Part shown: positions 10,826 to 21,173 of the stretch, piece by piece | How the letters are laid out: every line of letters begins with the position of its first letter | Numbering within the stretch: the first letter of the stretch is position 1 | IMG/VR virus record: IMGVR_UViG_3300042569_001770 | Length of the DNA: 60,188 nt | Origin: an uncultured virus (IMG/VR IMGVR_UViG_3300042569_001770) | Lineage: Duplodnaviria > Heunggongvirae > Uroviricota > Caudoviricetes | Direction: 5' to 3' (one strand) | Translations under genes and position numbers: made by a program | The notes under the pieces: generated by a model | Databases searched by the model: none | What the model saw: the letters and a program-made list of their open reading frames with translations, nothing else | Told to the model about the DNA's origin: nothing

Positions 10826-11352
10826 TTGATATGATTTTTAATCAATTCTACTCGATCTTCAACACTTCCGGTTACTCTTACAACCGATAATTTTAAATCT
10901 GATATAGTATTTGAAATTATAGTATCTATTTCTCTCTGGAAATTCAACTCATCTTTGCGCTCCTCATCTTTGGTCAATTGAAATTCTATAGGAACATAGA
11001 ATATCTTATCATACAGCCCAGCAAACTGTTTTACCATGTAATGTGAAATTTCATAAACCTGTTTACTCACTTTACCAATTTTATATTGATACACCGCATA
11101 AGAAAAAGAATCAATGATACAACGATCTGCAAACCAATTATCTTCTCGAAAATTAACAATATGACTACTATTGACAATCATTTGCACCATATCATCCCCA
11201 TCGTCATTAATCAAACGCCCTGATTGTTTGATCTTCCTTGCACTACTGCTATTGATAATAGGCTTAATATTCTTCTCCTCCAACCAATCATATATACTAT
11301 TAACAATAGTAGTTTTACCCGTACCATGAGACCCCGTCAATACATATTTCAT
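10822..11352 (-). CDS. P-loop nucleotide kinase-like ATPase (NadR/AAA_28 type)
   Basis: GSHGTGKTT, DRCIID...Y, YDKIFYVP, GSVEDR. Confidence 0.75.
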   Translation of the reverse strand: MKYVLTGSHGTGKTTIVNSIYDWLEEKNIKPIINSSSARKIKQSGRLINDDGDDMVQMIVNSSHIVNFREDNWFADRCIIDSFSYAVYQYKIGKVSKQVYEISHYMVKQFAGLYDKIFYVPIEFQLTKDEERKDELNFQREIDTIISNTISDLKLSVVRVTGSVEDRVELIKNHIK

Positions 11353-11390
11353 AAGATATAATATATTACGAAAATAGAGGATTTACAAGC

Positions 11391-11427
11391 AAAAAAAAAC
11401 CACTAACATTTCTGTTAGTGGTTTTTT
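11391..11427 (-). terminator. Rho-independent terminator after gp23 (likely bidirectional)
   Basis: Minus strand CCACTAACA-GAAA-TGTTAGTGG followed by T9; T-tract on the other strand too. Confidence 0.9.
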
Positions 11428-11450
11428 GTAGGACTTTATCGAACTCGATC

Positions 11451-12896
11451 TTAGAGATAGAGACGTCCGCCAGCTTGCGCTACGTTGTCTGTTCCCAATC
11501 CCTTGACGATGATAACGTGGTAGTACAATGACGCACCAAAGATGTGGTCAACAACACCATAACGTGTCATGAGACCAACGCGAGGAGCGAAGTCATTTGG
11601 ACCAACTGTACGTTGGATCATCACAGGAATGTAAGGGCAGTATACGATACCAGTATCGTAGTACTCAGGACCTTTGTAACCAAGCAATGCGTACTCAAGA
11701 TTGGCTCTAGCACCGGCAAGGGTTTGAGCTTCTGTACGAGTGTCGCGGTAGATGGTGAAACGGCCACCTAAAGTACCAACCTTGGCAATGCCGGTAGGTT
11801 GTGTATTTACGTTGCCATTAACAGGCATCCAAGCAAACTCTGGTAACATCTCAAGGATGGTGCAAACGCGTGGGGTTGCAACAATGAAGTTAGCAGACCC
11901 ACGGCGGTTGCGGATCGCGATGCGGTTAGCTTCAACGATTACCTTGCTGTAGAAGTCACGGTTGCGTTCGCCAAGCCAACGGGCATCAGCGGAAGCAGCG
12001 TACCAGAAACTATATCCATTGCCTTTACCTGCGTTAAGAGCGATCTGAACCATTCTCATGATCATTTCACGGTCGATTTCGGCCTGAATTTCATAGCTCA
12101 TCGCATTTGTTAATTCAGAGTCAACATCGAGACCGTTCATGTTCTTCAAATCTTGCTCAAGTTCAACGGACCAGCGAGCTGCGAGGCGGCGTGTACCGGC
12201 TTCAACTGCAGTCTTAGCGAACTCAAGAGTAACTTGAGGAATATTTCCAGTTAATTCGAACTGGCTGAGAAGAGCTGCAACACCTTGATCTTCGCCGATG
12301 AAGGTGAAATCACCATTAACACCAGTGAGGGATGAAGCGCTAGTTCCAGTGAATCGAGAATCTAAGGTCTGATAACCAAGCTCAGCACCATCGTTTTGAC
12401 GAGGTACACCATTATTGGCGACAGTTACTGGACCGAGGGCACCTTGGCCGTCGAGACCATTACCGCCTAAGCTGTTGGTTTCGTACTTATAACGCATAGC
12501 AAATGCTAAACCAACAGGACCGCTCATTGGCTGAACGCCGACGATCTCATTAGTGATAAGCTCAGGGAAGGTACGACGAACCATAGGAATTAATACCTTT
12601 GGTAAGCGTGCATCTCCTGATGCATAGCTGTCACGATTAGTTAATCCGGTCTGGCCAGGGGCCGTACCACCATAGACGCCGAGTGCACCAGTGATACCAC
12701 TGACGTTGCCATTCTCTTCAATGCACCAACGCTCTTGGTTTTCCATGAGGAGTGCAGTTGTGAGACGAGCATGCTCGCTTTCAACGGGTTTGATACGATC
12801 TGAACTGTAGTTCAGAACAGGGGACCATTTTTCGAGAAGCTGCTGTGCGCGAGACTTATCGATGAATCCTGTAGTAGGTTTGATTATATTGCTCAT
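11451..12896 (-). CDS. gp23: Major capsid protein, T4 gp23-like
   Basis: LLEKWSPVL, LMENQE, GVQPMSGPVGLAFAMR, ELEQDLKNMNGLD, YCPYIP, FAPRVGLMTRYG. Confidence 0.98.
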   Translation of the reverse strand: MSNIIKPTTGFIDKSRAQQLLEKWSPVLNYSSDRIKPVESEHARLTTALLMENQERWCIEENGNVSGITGALGVYGGTAPGQTGLTNRDSYASGDARLPKVLIPMVRRTFPELITNEIVGVQPMSGPVGLAFAMRYKYETNSLGGNGLDGQGALGPVTVANNGVPRQNDGAELGYQTLDSRFTGTSASSLTGVNGDFTFIGEDQGVAALLSQFELTGNIPQVTLEFAKTAVEAGTRRLAARWSVELEQDLKNMNGLDVDSELTNAMSYEIQAEIDREMIMRMVQIALNAGKGNGYSFWYAASADARWLGERNRDFYSKVIVEANRIAIRNRRGSANFIVATPRVCTILEMLPEFAWMPVNGNVNTQPTGIAKVGTLGGRFTIYRDTRTEAQTLAGARANLEYALLGYKGPEYYDTGIVYCPYIPVMIQRTVGPNDFAPRVGLMTRYGVVDHIFGASLYYHVIIVKGLGTDNVAQAGGRLYL

Positions 12897-12968
12897 ATTA
12901 TTTGTTATTTTTATTATTCTTGGATATTGATCTAGAAAAGAAACCGCTCTCTTCTACAACTATGTAAT

Positions 12969-13856
12969 TTATGCTCTTCCGAGTTCTGTCAAATATTCTG
13001 ATACAGGATTGTATTCCTGAACATTTGATTTTACAGATTCTTTAACCAGTTGCGCTGGTTTTGCGTCTTTAGAAATTGCAGTCTTCTTAGCTTCACTTAC
13101 TAAGACAGAACGCTTATCGAGACTTTCTTTCTCGAACATTTCTACGACATAATTAAAATTTTCTTCTATATAAGAAGGGGCTTTGTCCGAAAGAATTTTA
13201 ACTAAATAATCTCTCTTGGATGAATTCATACCTCTTGTCTTGTGTTCCAAAACTAAAGAAGATTTAATCTTTTGTAATTCTTTAGACAATTCTTGATTGT
13301 CTTTATAAGACTCATTTAATTTAACCTGAAGTTCATCAATTTGTGTTTTGCCTTCTGAAAGAACATTCTTAACACCTTCATTGATAGCTTCTGGATCAAT
13401 TTGAAGCATGGATTTAATTTTATCCAATTGCTTGCGTGCGTATGTGTTGTTAACAGCTTCCTCAAGCTGCTGCTGTGGTAAATTCTTTTCTACATACAAG
13501 TCAAGATAGTTGCTTAATTCTTCAACTAATTTACTGCTGAATGTTTCAGCTTTCTCGTGTAAAGATTTTTTATACATATTAGCCAGATCAGCTAACTTGC
13601 CTGTATGGTTTTCGTTGATAGCATCAACAACCTTTTTAAGTTTTTCTGAGTGATCCTTGTCGATAGCCTCAATGAGGTGACTTAATTTACTTGCATGCTC
13701 TTCGTCTTGTTTTAAAAGAGCACTTTCCACTTCCAAATTTAATTTAGTTTGAACTTTTTCCTCAACGGCTTTTGTGAAGGCGTCTGCAATAGCAGAAGCT
13801 GTCTCTTCCGTCAAGACGTTTTGATCTACAGTTTTGAGTATTGATGCGATATCCAT
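12969..13856 (-). CDS. gp22: Prohead core scaffold protein, gp22-like
   Basis: Coiled-coil, E/K-rich, YLDLYVE motif, position between gp21 and gp23. Confidence 0.8.
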   Translation of the reverse strand: MDIASILKTVDQNVLTEETASAIADAFTKAVEEKVQTKLNLEVESALLKQDEEHASKLSHLIEAIDKDHSEKLKKVVDAINENHTGKLADLANMYKKSLHEKAETFSSKLVEELSNYLDLYVEKNLPQQQLEEAVNNTYARKQLDKIKSMLQIDPEAINEGVKNVLSEGKTQIDELQVKLNESYKDNQELSKELQKIKSSLVLEHKTRGMNSSKRDYLVKILSDKAPSYIEENFNYVVEMFEKESLDKRSVLVSEAKKTAISKDAKPAQLVKESVKSNVQEYNPVSEYLTELGRA

Positions 13857-13867
13857 ATTGTCTAAAA

Positions 13868-14086
13868 TTATTTAGCCTTTTTCGGGGCCATTTTGCTTGA
13901 ATTTTTCTTTTTTGTTAAAGATTTGACGTCTTTTTTCTTTTCGTTTGTTTTTTCGTCATCACCTTTAATTACTTTTTTAACTTTATTTTTAACCTTCTCG
14001 TTAATTATTTGTTGCAAAAGTGAATCTGCTTCTGCATAATTTTTTTCATATACTGTTGCAATGAATTTTGAAATGATTTGTTTCAT
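13868..14086 (-). CDS. Small prohead core protein (gp67-like)
   Basis: FIATVYEKNYAEADSLL pattern; position in head module. Confidence 0.5.
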   Translation of the reverse strand: MKQIISKFIATVYEKNYAEADSLLQQIINEKVKNKVKKVIKGDDEKTNEKKKDVKSLTKKKNSSKMAPKKAK

Positions 14087-14100
14087 ATGTTTATTTATCC

Positions 14101-14772
14101 TTATAAAGTCTTCAATGCATTAATAAATGCAATGACCTGTTCTTTTAGATAAGCTTCTTTATTTGCTTTAGGCAAACGGCTAATCCCTTTTTCAAATTTA
14201 TCAAAGAGAGGTTCAAATCCACCGTTCTCTGCAAGGATCCATTGTTTTGATTCCAATATACCATTGACAAAAGCTGTCGGTACGGAAGGATCTGCAACAA
14301 CATCGACCGCCACTAAACGGAAATCTGAAACTCTGTTATAAGAACCGTCTTCATCTAATCTACCCAAAGCTCTTGAGGATACACCCAATTTGACACCGTC
14401 TTGTATAAGGGACTTAACAATTTGACCCATAGGAGTAGACAAGACTCGTGATTTGCCCTCGAAGATATGACCATTTTGTTTTAATTCTGTCACCATATGA
14501 CAGATGCGTTCTAAATTAATTTCTGGAGATTGTGGGTGGTTAAGTTCACCAGTTGAGCGGCAACCAACTATCATCTCTTTAGTATACCTATCAACTTCTT
14601 TTACCATTTCCTCCAAAGGATAAATTCTCTTATTCTTATTAGGTTCGTCTGCCATTAAAAATGGCCCATGAATAATAAGACTAGAAGGGGAATTTCTGTT
14701 TTTCTCTTCTATAACGTATTTCACTTCATAGGTGGGTTCTTCTACTAAAAGCCGATATGCATTGTTAGACAT
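14101..14772 (-). CDS. gp21: Prohead maturation protease, gp21-like
   Basis: NKNKRIYP, GELNHP, GVSSRALG, DVVADPS motifs. Confidence 0.95.
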   Translation of the reverse strand: MSNNAYRLLVEEPTYEVKYVIEEKNRNSPSSLIIHGPFLMADEPNKNKRIYPLEEMVKEVDRYTKEMIVGCRSTGELNHPQSPEINLERICHMVTELKQNGHIFEGKSRVLSTPMGQIVKSLIQDGVKLGVSSRALGRLDEDGSYNRVSDFRLVAVDVVADPSVPTAFVNGILESKQWILAENGGFEPLFDKFEKGISRLPKANKEAYLKEQVIAFINALKTL

Positions 14773-14795
14773 AATATGTTCTAGAAATATTTACA

Positions 14796-15263
14796 CTAAT
14801 TGGGGGCTATTTCTCGTTCTGTTAGTATCAAAAACGTATAATTATTCTTTTCGCACCATTGTTTTGCTGCAGAAAATTTTGCCATATTCAGAGCATATTG
14901 CTTATTTTCATATAATAACGTCTTGTTAGACTTACGGTTACTAAAAACAGGAGGTTGTGTTTGCTTCAATGGCTTGACTTCTATTAATAATTTTTTAATA
15001 TTGCCTTCCTTATCTTTTAACGCGGCTACCATATCCACAAAATATCTATGTAAACGATTGTCCAATGGAGAAGTATAGGGAATGACTACAGATTCGGAAC
15101 CATACGTTATTATGTTAGAATTATTATCCAACATGCGTAGAACCTTTAACTCCATATTAGACCTATAATATATAGGAAGACTGCCTCTGTATTTTTCTGG
15201 ATATTTAGGTGTAAAAATACCTTGTTTGAATTGGCGATTTTTTTTGCCTATAACCGGTTTCAT
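14796..15263 (-). CDS. gp4: Head completion protein gp4-like (TnsA-type nuclease fold)
   Basis: PKYPEKYRG, YRSNME, HRYFVD, IEVKP..QT, ILTE. Confidence 0.9.
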   Translation of the reverse strand: MKPVIGKKNRQFKQGIFTPKYPEKYRGSLPIYYRSNMELKVLRMLDNNSNIITYGSESVVIPYTSPLDNRLHRYFVDMVAALKDKEGNIKKLLIEVKPLKQTQPPVFSNRKSNKTLLYENKQYALNMAKFSAAKQWCEKNNYTFLILTEREIAPN

Positions 15264-15267
15264 TTAA

Positions 15268-16182
15268 TTAACCAACAAAGAAAGCTGTAATAGGATCTCT
15301 GTCTACTAAATCTGTCATTAATTCTTTTTCTAAAGCATCTTTTTCTGCAACACCCTGCTGCATAAGATCTGAGTAGTTAACTGTTTGCCCGCCAAACACC
15401 ATACTACCAGCATACTTTCCTCTTGTATGTGCTATAGTCATTTTAGACAAAGCTAATGTGTATCTATAAATCCATAATTGATTGATAATATCTCTTATAG
15501 GTTTTTGTACATGACATCCTAGTAAACCATAATATATTTGTCCTCTAGATGGTTCCGGTATTATTTTTAAATATTGGGTTTCTGGACTAAACCTCAAGTA
15601 AGGAGTAAGAGCCAACAATTTATTTCTTAAATCCAACCATTCTTTCAAGGCATGCCAGGTTATTAAATCATAACCTACATTCCCCAAAAGATGTCCAAAG
15701 TAAGCTTGTTGAGCAACTGTGTGTTCTATTGTGAATAATGTATTGACACCGGAATTATTTCCTTCTGTAAAGGAAAATACATCAATAACTTTGCGATAAT
15801 CACCCATATCATAATCATATCCGCTACTTAAAGCAGATACTTGAGAAGTGGTGCCTGTATAAACTCCAGACACATCTATGGTATTGTACAATTCGGGAGT
15901 AACACTAAATAGTTTATCCATTCTCAAACCTCTACCGGGTTCATATAAGTCTGAACGAAATACTAAATACTCCTCTGTCGTAGCACTGAATTTGGTATAC
16001 CATTCCAATGCTATGTCTATATTATTGTAAATCTGTTCACTACTTATTTCTATTTGAATTAAAGGTTCTCCCAAAGACATTCGAACCCTTTGGGCTAAAT
16101 GGTCATATGTTTTAATTTTAGAATTAAAAGTAGTACTCCCGTGAAAAGAATTTGGCAAAACTGGTTGAGAAGGATACGACAT
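15268..16182 (-). CDS. gp13: Neck protein gp13-like
   Basis: LGEPLIQIEI..EQI...ID.AL, WIYRYTLAL.K, RGKY....GG.TVN. Confidence 0.85.
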   Translation of the reverse strand: MSYPSQPVLPNSFHGSTTFNSKIKTYDHLAQRVRMSLGEPLIQIEISSEQIYNNIDIALEWYTKFSATTEEYLVFRSDLYEPGRGLRMDKLFSVTPELYNTIDVSGVYTGTTSQVSALSSGYDYDMGDYRKVIDVFSFTEGNNSGVNTLFTIEHTVAQQAYFGHLLGNVGYDLITWHALKEWLDLRNKLLALTPYLRFSPETQYLKIIPEPSRGQIYYGLLGCHVQKPIRDIINQLWIYRYTLALSKMTIAHTRGKYAGSMVFGGQTVNYSDLMQQGVAEKDALEKELMTDLVDRDPITAFFVG

Positions 16183-16192
16183 ATACTTATAT

Positions 16193-16951
16193 TTATAATG
16201 CTGTGGTAATTAACTGCCCGGAATTGTTTACGGTAATTCTCCATCTTTTATTATCTGGGGATCTTAATATCACGCCTTTAGTAAAATTTGTTATTTCTAC
16301 ATCATCAGTCACACCGACACCACCATTAACGGTTAGATCATTTGTAGGGTTTTCGGTATTAATGCCAATTTTGTTTTCCCCGACAAACAAAGAAGTAGAC
16401 TCTGCTTTACTGTTAATTTCTAAACTATTGTTTATATATAAACTTCCATTACTACTTAAATTGTTTACATACGTAAAATTCTCTGCATGACTACTTAAAT
16501 TTGATCCCAAAGTAAAAACATTTTCATGCTGAATTAAATTATTTGTGCCAGCAGCATTAAAAGAATGATTTGAATTCGGTAAAATTTTATTATTATATCC
16601 AGCACCTATAAATGAAAAATTACTTTGTATTTCATTTTCTTCGCCATTTGATATTGTAGACGCTGCACCGAATATCTTATTATTCATACCACCAAAAACA
16701 GATGAAAATATTTCATCAACTACGTTATTTCCGTGTTTAAATGAAAATGAACTTAACTCCATGTTCAAAGTAAAAGGATTATATTCTGAATTTAAAAAGG
16801 AATACAACGAATCATTATTTTCTTTAAAAAATATTTTACCATCAGCAAGATTTAATGCTAATTCCCCCAATTCCAACGATGACAATTCTGGCACCCTATT
16901 TGAAACCGTAGATCTTTTTAATTTTATAATACTTTCACCCTCTGATGACAT
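16193..16951 (-). CDS. Fibre/spike-like structural protein with Mtd-type N-terminal domain
   Basis: IKLKRS...P...LELGELALNLADGKIF N-terminus; IGINTENP repeat. Confidence 0.65.
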   Translation of the reverse strand: MSSEGESIIKLKRSTVSNRVPELSSLELGELALNLADGKIFFKENNDSLYSFLNSEYNPFTLNMELSSFSFKHGNNVVDEIFSSVFGGMNNKIFGAASTISNGEENEIQSNFSFIGAGYNNKILPNSNHSFNAAGTNNLIQHENVFTLGSNLSSHAENFTYVNNLSSNGSLYINNSLEINSKAESTSLFVGENKIGINTENPTNDLTVNGGVGVTDDVEITNFTKGVILRSPDNKRWRITVNNSGQLITTAL

Positions 16952-16989
16952 AATATCAAACTATTTATTTAAAAAACAAGTTTTCAATG

Positions 16990-17157
16990 CTAAAATTGTT
17001 TTGACGCAGAAAGGCTTTGAAAATTGGAGCCAACATACAACGTTTGATTTGTTTCATTGAATGCCAATTCTCCATTGGCAAGTCTAGAAGGCGGGCCCTC
17101 TTCTCCCCTTATCCTTCTTTTAATTAAAATCGTTGAGTATACTTTCTTTTCTTCCAT
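16990..17157 (-). CDS. 55 aa stand-alone Mtd-type N-terminal domain protein (not in ORF track)
   Basis: Hand translation MEEKKVYSTILIKRRIRGEEGPPSRLANGELAFNETNQTLYVGSNFQSLSASKQF; similar to the N-terminus of 21491-23671. Confidence 0.75.
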   Translation of the reverse strand: MEEKKVYSTILIKRRIRGEEGPPSRLANGELAFNETNQTLYVGSNFQSLSASKQF

Positions 17158-17171
17158 GACAATACTTATGC

Positions 17172-17208
17172 AAAAAATAAGGAGTATGCAATAAACATAC
17201 TCCTTATT
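17172..17208 (-). terminator. Rho-independent terminator
   Basis: 13 bp inverted repeat AATAAGGAGTATG/CATACTCCTTATT with T-tract on minus strand. Confidence 0.75.
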
Positions 17209-17229
17209 CTATAATTTTTTTAAAAGAAG

Positions 17230-17328
17230 TTATTTCTTATTTTTATTCGCACCTTTTTGAGAAGATTTAGAGCCTTCTTTTTTTGGTTTTTTAACTTCTT
17301 TTTTGTGAGCGTTATTTCCCTTTGCCAT
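17230..17328 (-). CDS. 32 aa lysine-rich peptide (not in ORF track)
   Basis: MAKGNNAHKKEVKKPKKEGSKSSQKGANKNKK; fills the gap between two hairpins. Confidence 0.5.
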   Translation of the reverse strand: MAKGNNAHKKEVKKPKKEGSKSSQKGANKNKK

Positions 17329-17351
17329 AATATCTGTTCTTTCTATTTTTT

Positions 17352-17385
17352 AAAATCCCTGCTCTGGGTTAGGACCAATGCAGGG
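17352..17385 (-). terminator. Terminator-like hairpin after LamG gene
   Basis: Minus strand TCCCTGC..TGG TCCTAAC CCA..GCAGGGA TTTT. Confidence 0.6.
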
Positions 17386-17403
17386 AGTCTTTATTTGTTT
17401 TTA

Positions 17404-20400
17404 TTAACCAGCAAATTTAACGTTTCCGTAGAATTTAACGTTACCTTGAATTTTAACAAGTTTTCCAGTTGCTGGTTGATCCAAGAACAAGAAGTCACTG
17501 AAGGATGTAATTGCAACTGTGATTCTCTTTGTAGAGAAGTCAGAAGACACTCTTGTCATTTCTTCGATTGCTCCGCTGTTCTTAACGTGGAAGCCTTTTA
17601 CTCTATCAAACACTGCTTGAGAGATGTTTGAAGGGAGAACGAAGTCAACGTTAATTGAACCTTCAAAGGTTGCTGTTGTATCAATTGAATAAGCAAGAAC
17701 TGTTTCAGCAACTGTATAACCAGTTGGAAGAACAGTTGGAATGATTTGTTCAACTGTTGTTTCACCAGCAGATGTAATTGATGCGAACACCAATTCAACA
17801 AGTGGTTCTTCAACTTCATTCAAACCGAAAGCAACTGGAATGTTACTTCCAATAACTGTCACGATTTGTTCTGCTTGAGCAACACCATCAACAAAGGTTA
17901 GGCTATATTTAGATCCAGAGAATAGTGAACCATTCTCATAGAGTTTTCCAACCCATGTTCCATCACCATTTTGATCTAGAGTTGTTGTAACGTCATTGAT
18001 CCAGAAGATATTGTCAATCCAGCCATTCTTAATAACAGGACCAGTAGGAGCAGGTAATTCTAAACCAGTTCCGTTGTTATAGAGTTCAGCAACTTCTGTT
18101 TCAGAGAGTGCTCTGTTCCAGATGCCAACTGCATCAATACTACCATTTAAGCCAGGCGAGAACGGATAAGCCTGAGGTTCCCAAACACCACCGATAGCAA
18201 GGTCTTTATCATCAAAACTTGGGTTGTAGTTGTTAGTTCCAATCGACGTTCCGTCAATTAAAACCGTAATATTATCAGCAACCTTATTAATGACTACATG
18301 ATACCAAGTATTTTCAATTGGAATCCAATCAAATCTTGTATCAGAGACGCCATATTGTGATACGGTCAAGGTATTTGGTGACCCGTACCAGTTTACACCA
18401 TAAAACAAACAAAATCCACCTATGCCCACAGGCGAGATGAGCATAATTGCATCTTGAGTAGATACACTTGCAAATTTCACCCACAGACTGACTGCGTAAT
18501 TGGAATTTGAGCTTGTCGGAAGAATCCCAGACGGTCCTTGCAAGTAGTTGATAGAATCAAACACAGCAGCATTTCCGAGCTTACCAGAAGCAAATGAAAC
18601 GTTACCATTATTAGTAAGAGTTCTGTTGTTTCCTGATGAGTCAGAAGTATCTGAAAGTTTGTAGAATGCTTGCAAACCTGTTTCCAGAGTTGCTTGTATT
18701 TCCAAACCAGTTCCGTTGTTGTAAAGGGCAGAGATTTCTGAGTCAGAGAGTGCTCTGTTCCAGATACCAACTGCGTCAAGCGAACCTGTAAAAAGACTGC
18801 TACTACTATCCCAATTGCCTCCTCCAATTACAGTACCACCATCTCCTAAATTTATATTATTTGGATCATATACTGAGCTATCTAAAGATCCGTTTATATA
18901 CAAATAGGAAGTTCCGTTGCTTCTTTTAACTACAACGTGATACCATGTGTTATTAGAAAGTGAGAATGTACTTTGTAAATTTAGTGAACCGTTGTGTTCA
19001 TATCCTATTACATTTTCTGTACCAACTATTATACATATTTTAAGCGTATTGTTGTAAAACCCGTTTACGGGGCTTATTATCGCAGGATATGGTGCATTTT
19101 GAGGTAAGCAATTTACCCAAAAAGATGCTGAAAAATCAGACGAACCAAAATCCAAAACTGGATCTGACGGTAATGATAGATAACTATTGACTCCGTCAAA
19201 CACAGCAGCATTTCCAAGCTTGCCAGAAGCAAATGAAACGTTACCATTGTTGGTAAGAGTTCTGTTGTTTCCTGAAGAGTCAGAAGTATCGCTGAGTTTA
19301 TAGAATGCTTGTAATCCTGTTTCCAAAGTAACTTCTAATTCTAAACCATTTCCAGAGTTATAAAGAGCAGCAACTTCTGCATCAGAGAGTGCTCTGTTCC
19401 AGATACCAACTGCGTCGATTTGGCCGTCCAACACTTGACCGGATGCGTAAGTGTCATTTGGATTTACCGAGATTGCATATGTCCCAGAATTAAATGAGGC
19501 AGAGTCTCCAGAATCATTATTTGAAGACGATCCATTGATGTTGAGTTTAAATGAACTACCTGATCTTGTTACAGATACAAAATACCACTCTCCGATTTGA
19601 GGAACAAATTGAGTTGCAATCATTTCTCCGATACCATGACGAGAGAAAACAATTCTTTGACCTGCTGCATCATAATATGCCCCAAAGAAATCGTTTGAAA
19701 GTTTTCCTAATAGGCTTATATCAGAATTAATAGAATTAAATTTAACCCAAAATGAACAAGAAAGATCTGTCATTTCCGGCAAATCAAATGTCAAACTATT
19801 CGTCCCATCAAACACAGCAGCATTTCCAAGCTTACCAGAAGCAAAAGAGACGTTACCATTATTGGTGAGTGTTCTGTTGTTTCCAGAAGAATCAGAAGTA
19901 TCTGAGAGTTTGTAGAACGCTTGCAGACCGCTTGCAAGGTTTACTGATCCTCCACCGCCACCTTGAAGAACTCCACCTACATAAGTTCCTCCATTCCATT
20001 CGCCATCTCCATTGTAATCAAGAGTTGTTGCTTGAGAATTTATGTAATATACCCAACCTGACCAATCAAACCCTGTAAACGAATTGTTAATTTGTCCGTA
20101 GACATAGAAGTTTCCTTCCCATGTTCCAAACCCATCTATGTTAAGAGTGGTAATTATACCATCAATATAGTAACCAGTCCAACCATTCCAATCCCATCCA
20201 TTTGCGATATAACCATTAATATATTGCTTTCCGTCGATTATACCGTTCCCGTTTTGGTCTAGCGTAGTTTCTCCATTACCTACATAGTAAAAATAACCGT
20301 TCCATCCAGTCGGTTGTTCTGCTCCGTTGGAATACGCATAGCCGTCCCAAAACCCATTTCCCGAAGAATCGAGATTTGTTGCTTGACCGTTTACATAGTA

Positions 20401-21168
20401 AGTTTCATTCCAAAACCCAGTTCCTTGTTCATTTAGATTTGTTAATTGACCATTTAACACAAATCCTGTTCTAAACATTCTGAGATCTGAAATATAACCA
20501 TTCCAACTTTGTGCCCACACCCAGTTATATTCTCTAGCACCAATTGTAAATACGCTAGGCCACCCTCCTTTTGCCCAAACAATAGAATTGCTGGATGCTA
20601 CTTCAACGGAGTTCAAATATAGCTTTGTTGTAGTAATAGAATTATCATATACTGCTGCTACATGTACCCATTGGTTTGTTGGAAAAATATTTGGATCTGT
20701 TAATAACGGTCCATTGCCGCTTTCAAACGCCAAGTATGGATTTCCGTTCACGGTTTTTGTACCAAATGCTGGTCCACCAGAACTTGGTCCACCAGTGCCA
20801 ACGAAAAAATTACCTGTGACTCCATAGTTTGGATTGAACGTTACTTTATCGCTAGGTAAATAAACCCACGCTTCTACTGCAAATGAACCAACGAATGTAT
20901 TCCAATCAGCTATTGGACCTTGCCAGCGACCGTTGTTTGTGCCATCTGTATTACCCGGGGCATAAGCAGCAAAGTTTTTTGTAGGTCTTTTAATTGTACT
21001 CTGAATAGAACCACCGCTATTGCTGATGTTTCTACCTGCACCAGAACTATCAATAGCGAGAGTTGAACTGTTATCGTTAAATTCGTAGCTTGCTTGAATT
21101 ACGAAATTTTGAGGAAGCTCCACTAAAGAGCCTAATATATTGTCTGTTGTTGTATTAAAGTTGCTCAT
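17404..21168 (-). CDS. Multi-LamG (ConA-like jelly-roll) virion adhesin / glycan-binding protein
   Basis: Four LamG-type domains (WVHVAAV...LYLN, G.IDAVGIWNRALS..EV..LY), three of them tandem with near-identical ends; TTLD.NG.G.W repeats. Confidence 0.85.
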   Translation of the reverse strand: MSNFNTTTDNILGSLVELPQNFVIQASYEFNDNSSTLAIDSSGAGRNISNSGGSIQSTIKRPTKNFAAYAPGNTDGTNNGRWQGPIADWNTFVGSFAVEAWVYLPSDKVTFNPNYGVTGNFFVGTGGPSSGGPAFGTKTVNGNPYLAFESGNGPLLTDPNIFPTNQWVHVAAVYDNSITTTKLYLNSVEVASSNSIVWAKGGWPSVFTIGAREYNWVWAQSWNGYISDLRMFRTGFVLNGQLTNLNEQGTGFWNETYYVNGQATNLDSSGNGFWDGYAYSNGAEQPTGWNGYFYYVGNGETTLDQNGNGIIDGKQYINGYIANGWDWNGWTGYYIDGIITTLNIDGFGTWEGNFYVYGQINNSFTGFDWSGWVYYINSQATTLDYNGDGEWNGGTYVGGVLQGGGGGSVNLASGLQAFYKLSDTSDSSGNNRTLTNNGNVSFASGKLGNAAVFDGTNSLTFDLPEMTDLSCSFWVKFNSINSDISLLGKLSNDFFGAYYDAAGQRIVFSRHGIGEMIATQFVPQIGEWYFVSVTRSGSSFKLNINGSSSNNDSGDSASFNSGTYAISVNPNDTYASGQVLDGQIDAVGIWNRALSDAEVAALYNSGNGLELEVTLETGLQAFYKLSDTSDSSGNNRTLTNNGNVSFASGKLGNAAVFDGVNSYLSLPSDPVLDFGSSDFSASFWVNCLPQNAPYPAIISPVNGFYNNTLKICIIVGTENVIGYEHNGSLNLQSTFSLSNNTWYHVVVKRSNGTSYLYINGSLDSSVYDPNNINLGDGGTVIGGGNWDSSSSLFTGSLDAVGIWNRALSDSEISALYNNGTGLEIQATLETGLQAFYKLSDTSDSSGNNRTLTNNGNVSFASGKLGNAAVFDSINYLQGPSGILPTSSNSNYAVSLWVKFASVSTQDAIMLISPVGIGGFCLFYGVNWYGSPNTLTVSQYGVSDTRFDWIPIENTWYHVVINKVADNITVLIDGTSIGTNNYNPSFDDKDLAIGGVWEPQAYPFSPGLNGSIDAVGIWNRALSETEVAELYNNGTGLELPAPTGPVIKNGWIDNIFWINDVTTTLDQNGDGTWVGKLYENGSLFSGSKYSLTFVDGVAQAEQIVTVIGSNIPVAFGLNEVEEPLVELVFASITSAGETTVEQIIPTVLPTGYTVAETVLAYSIDTTATFEGSINVDFVLPSNISQAVFDRVKGFHVKNSGAIEEMTRVSSDFSTKRITVAITSFSDFLFLDQPATGKLVKIQGNVKFYGNVKFAG

Positions 21169-21173
21169 ATTTT

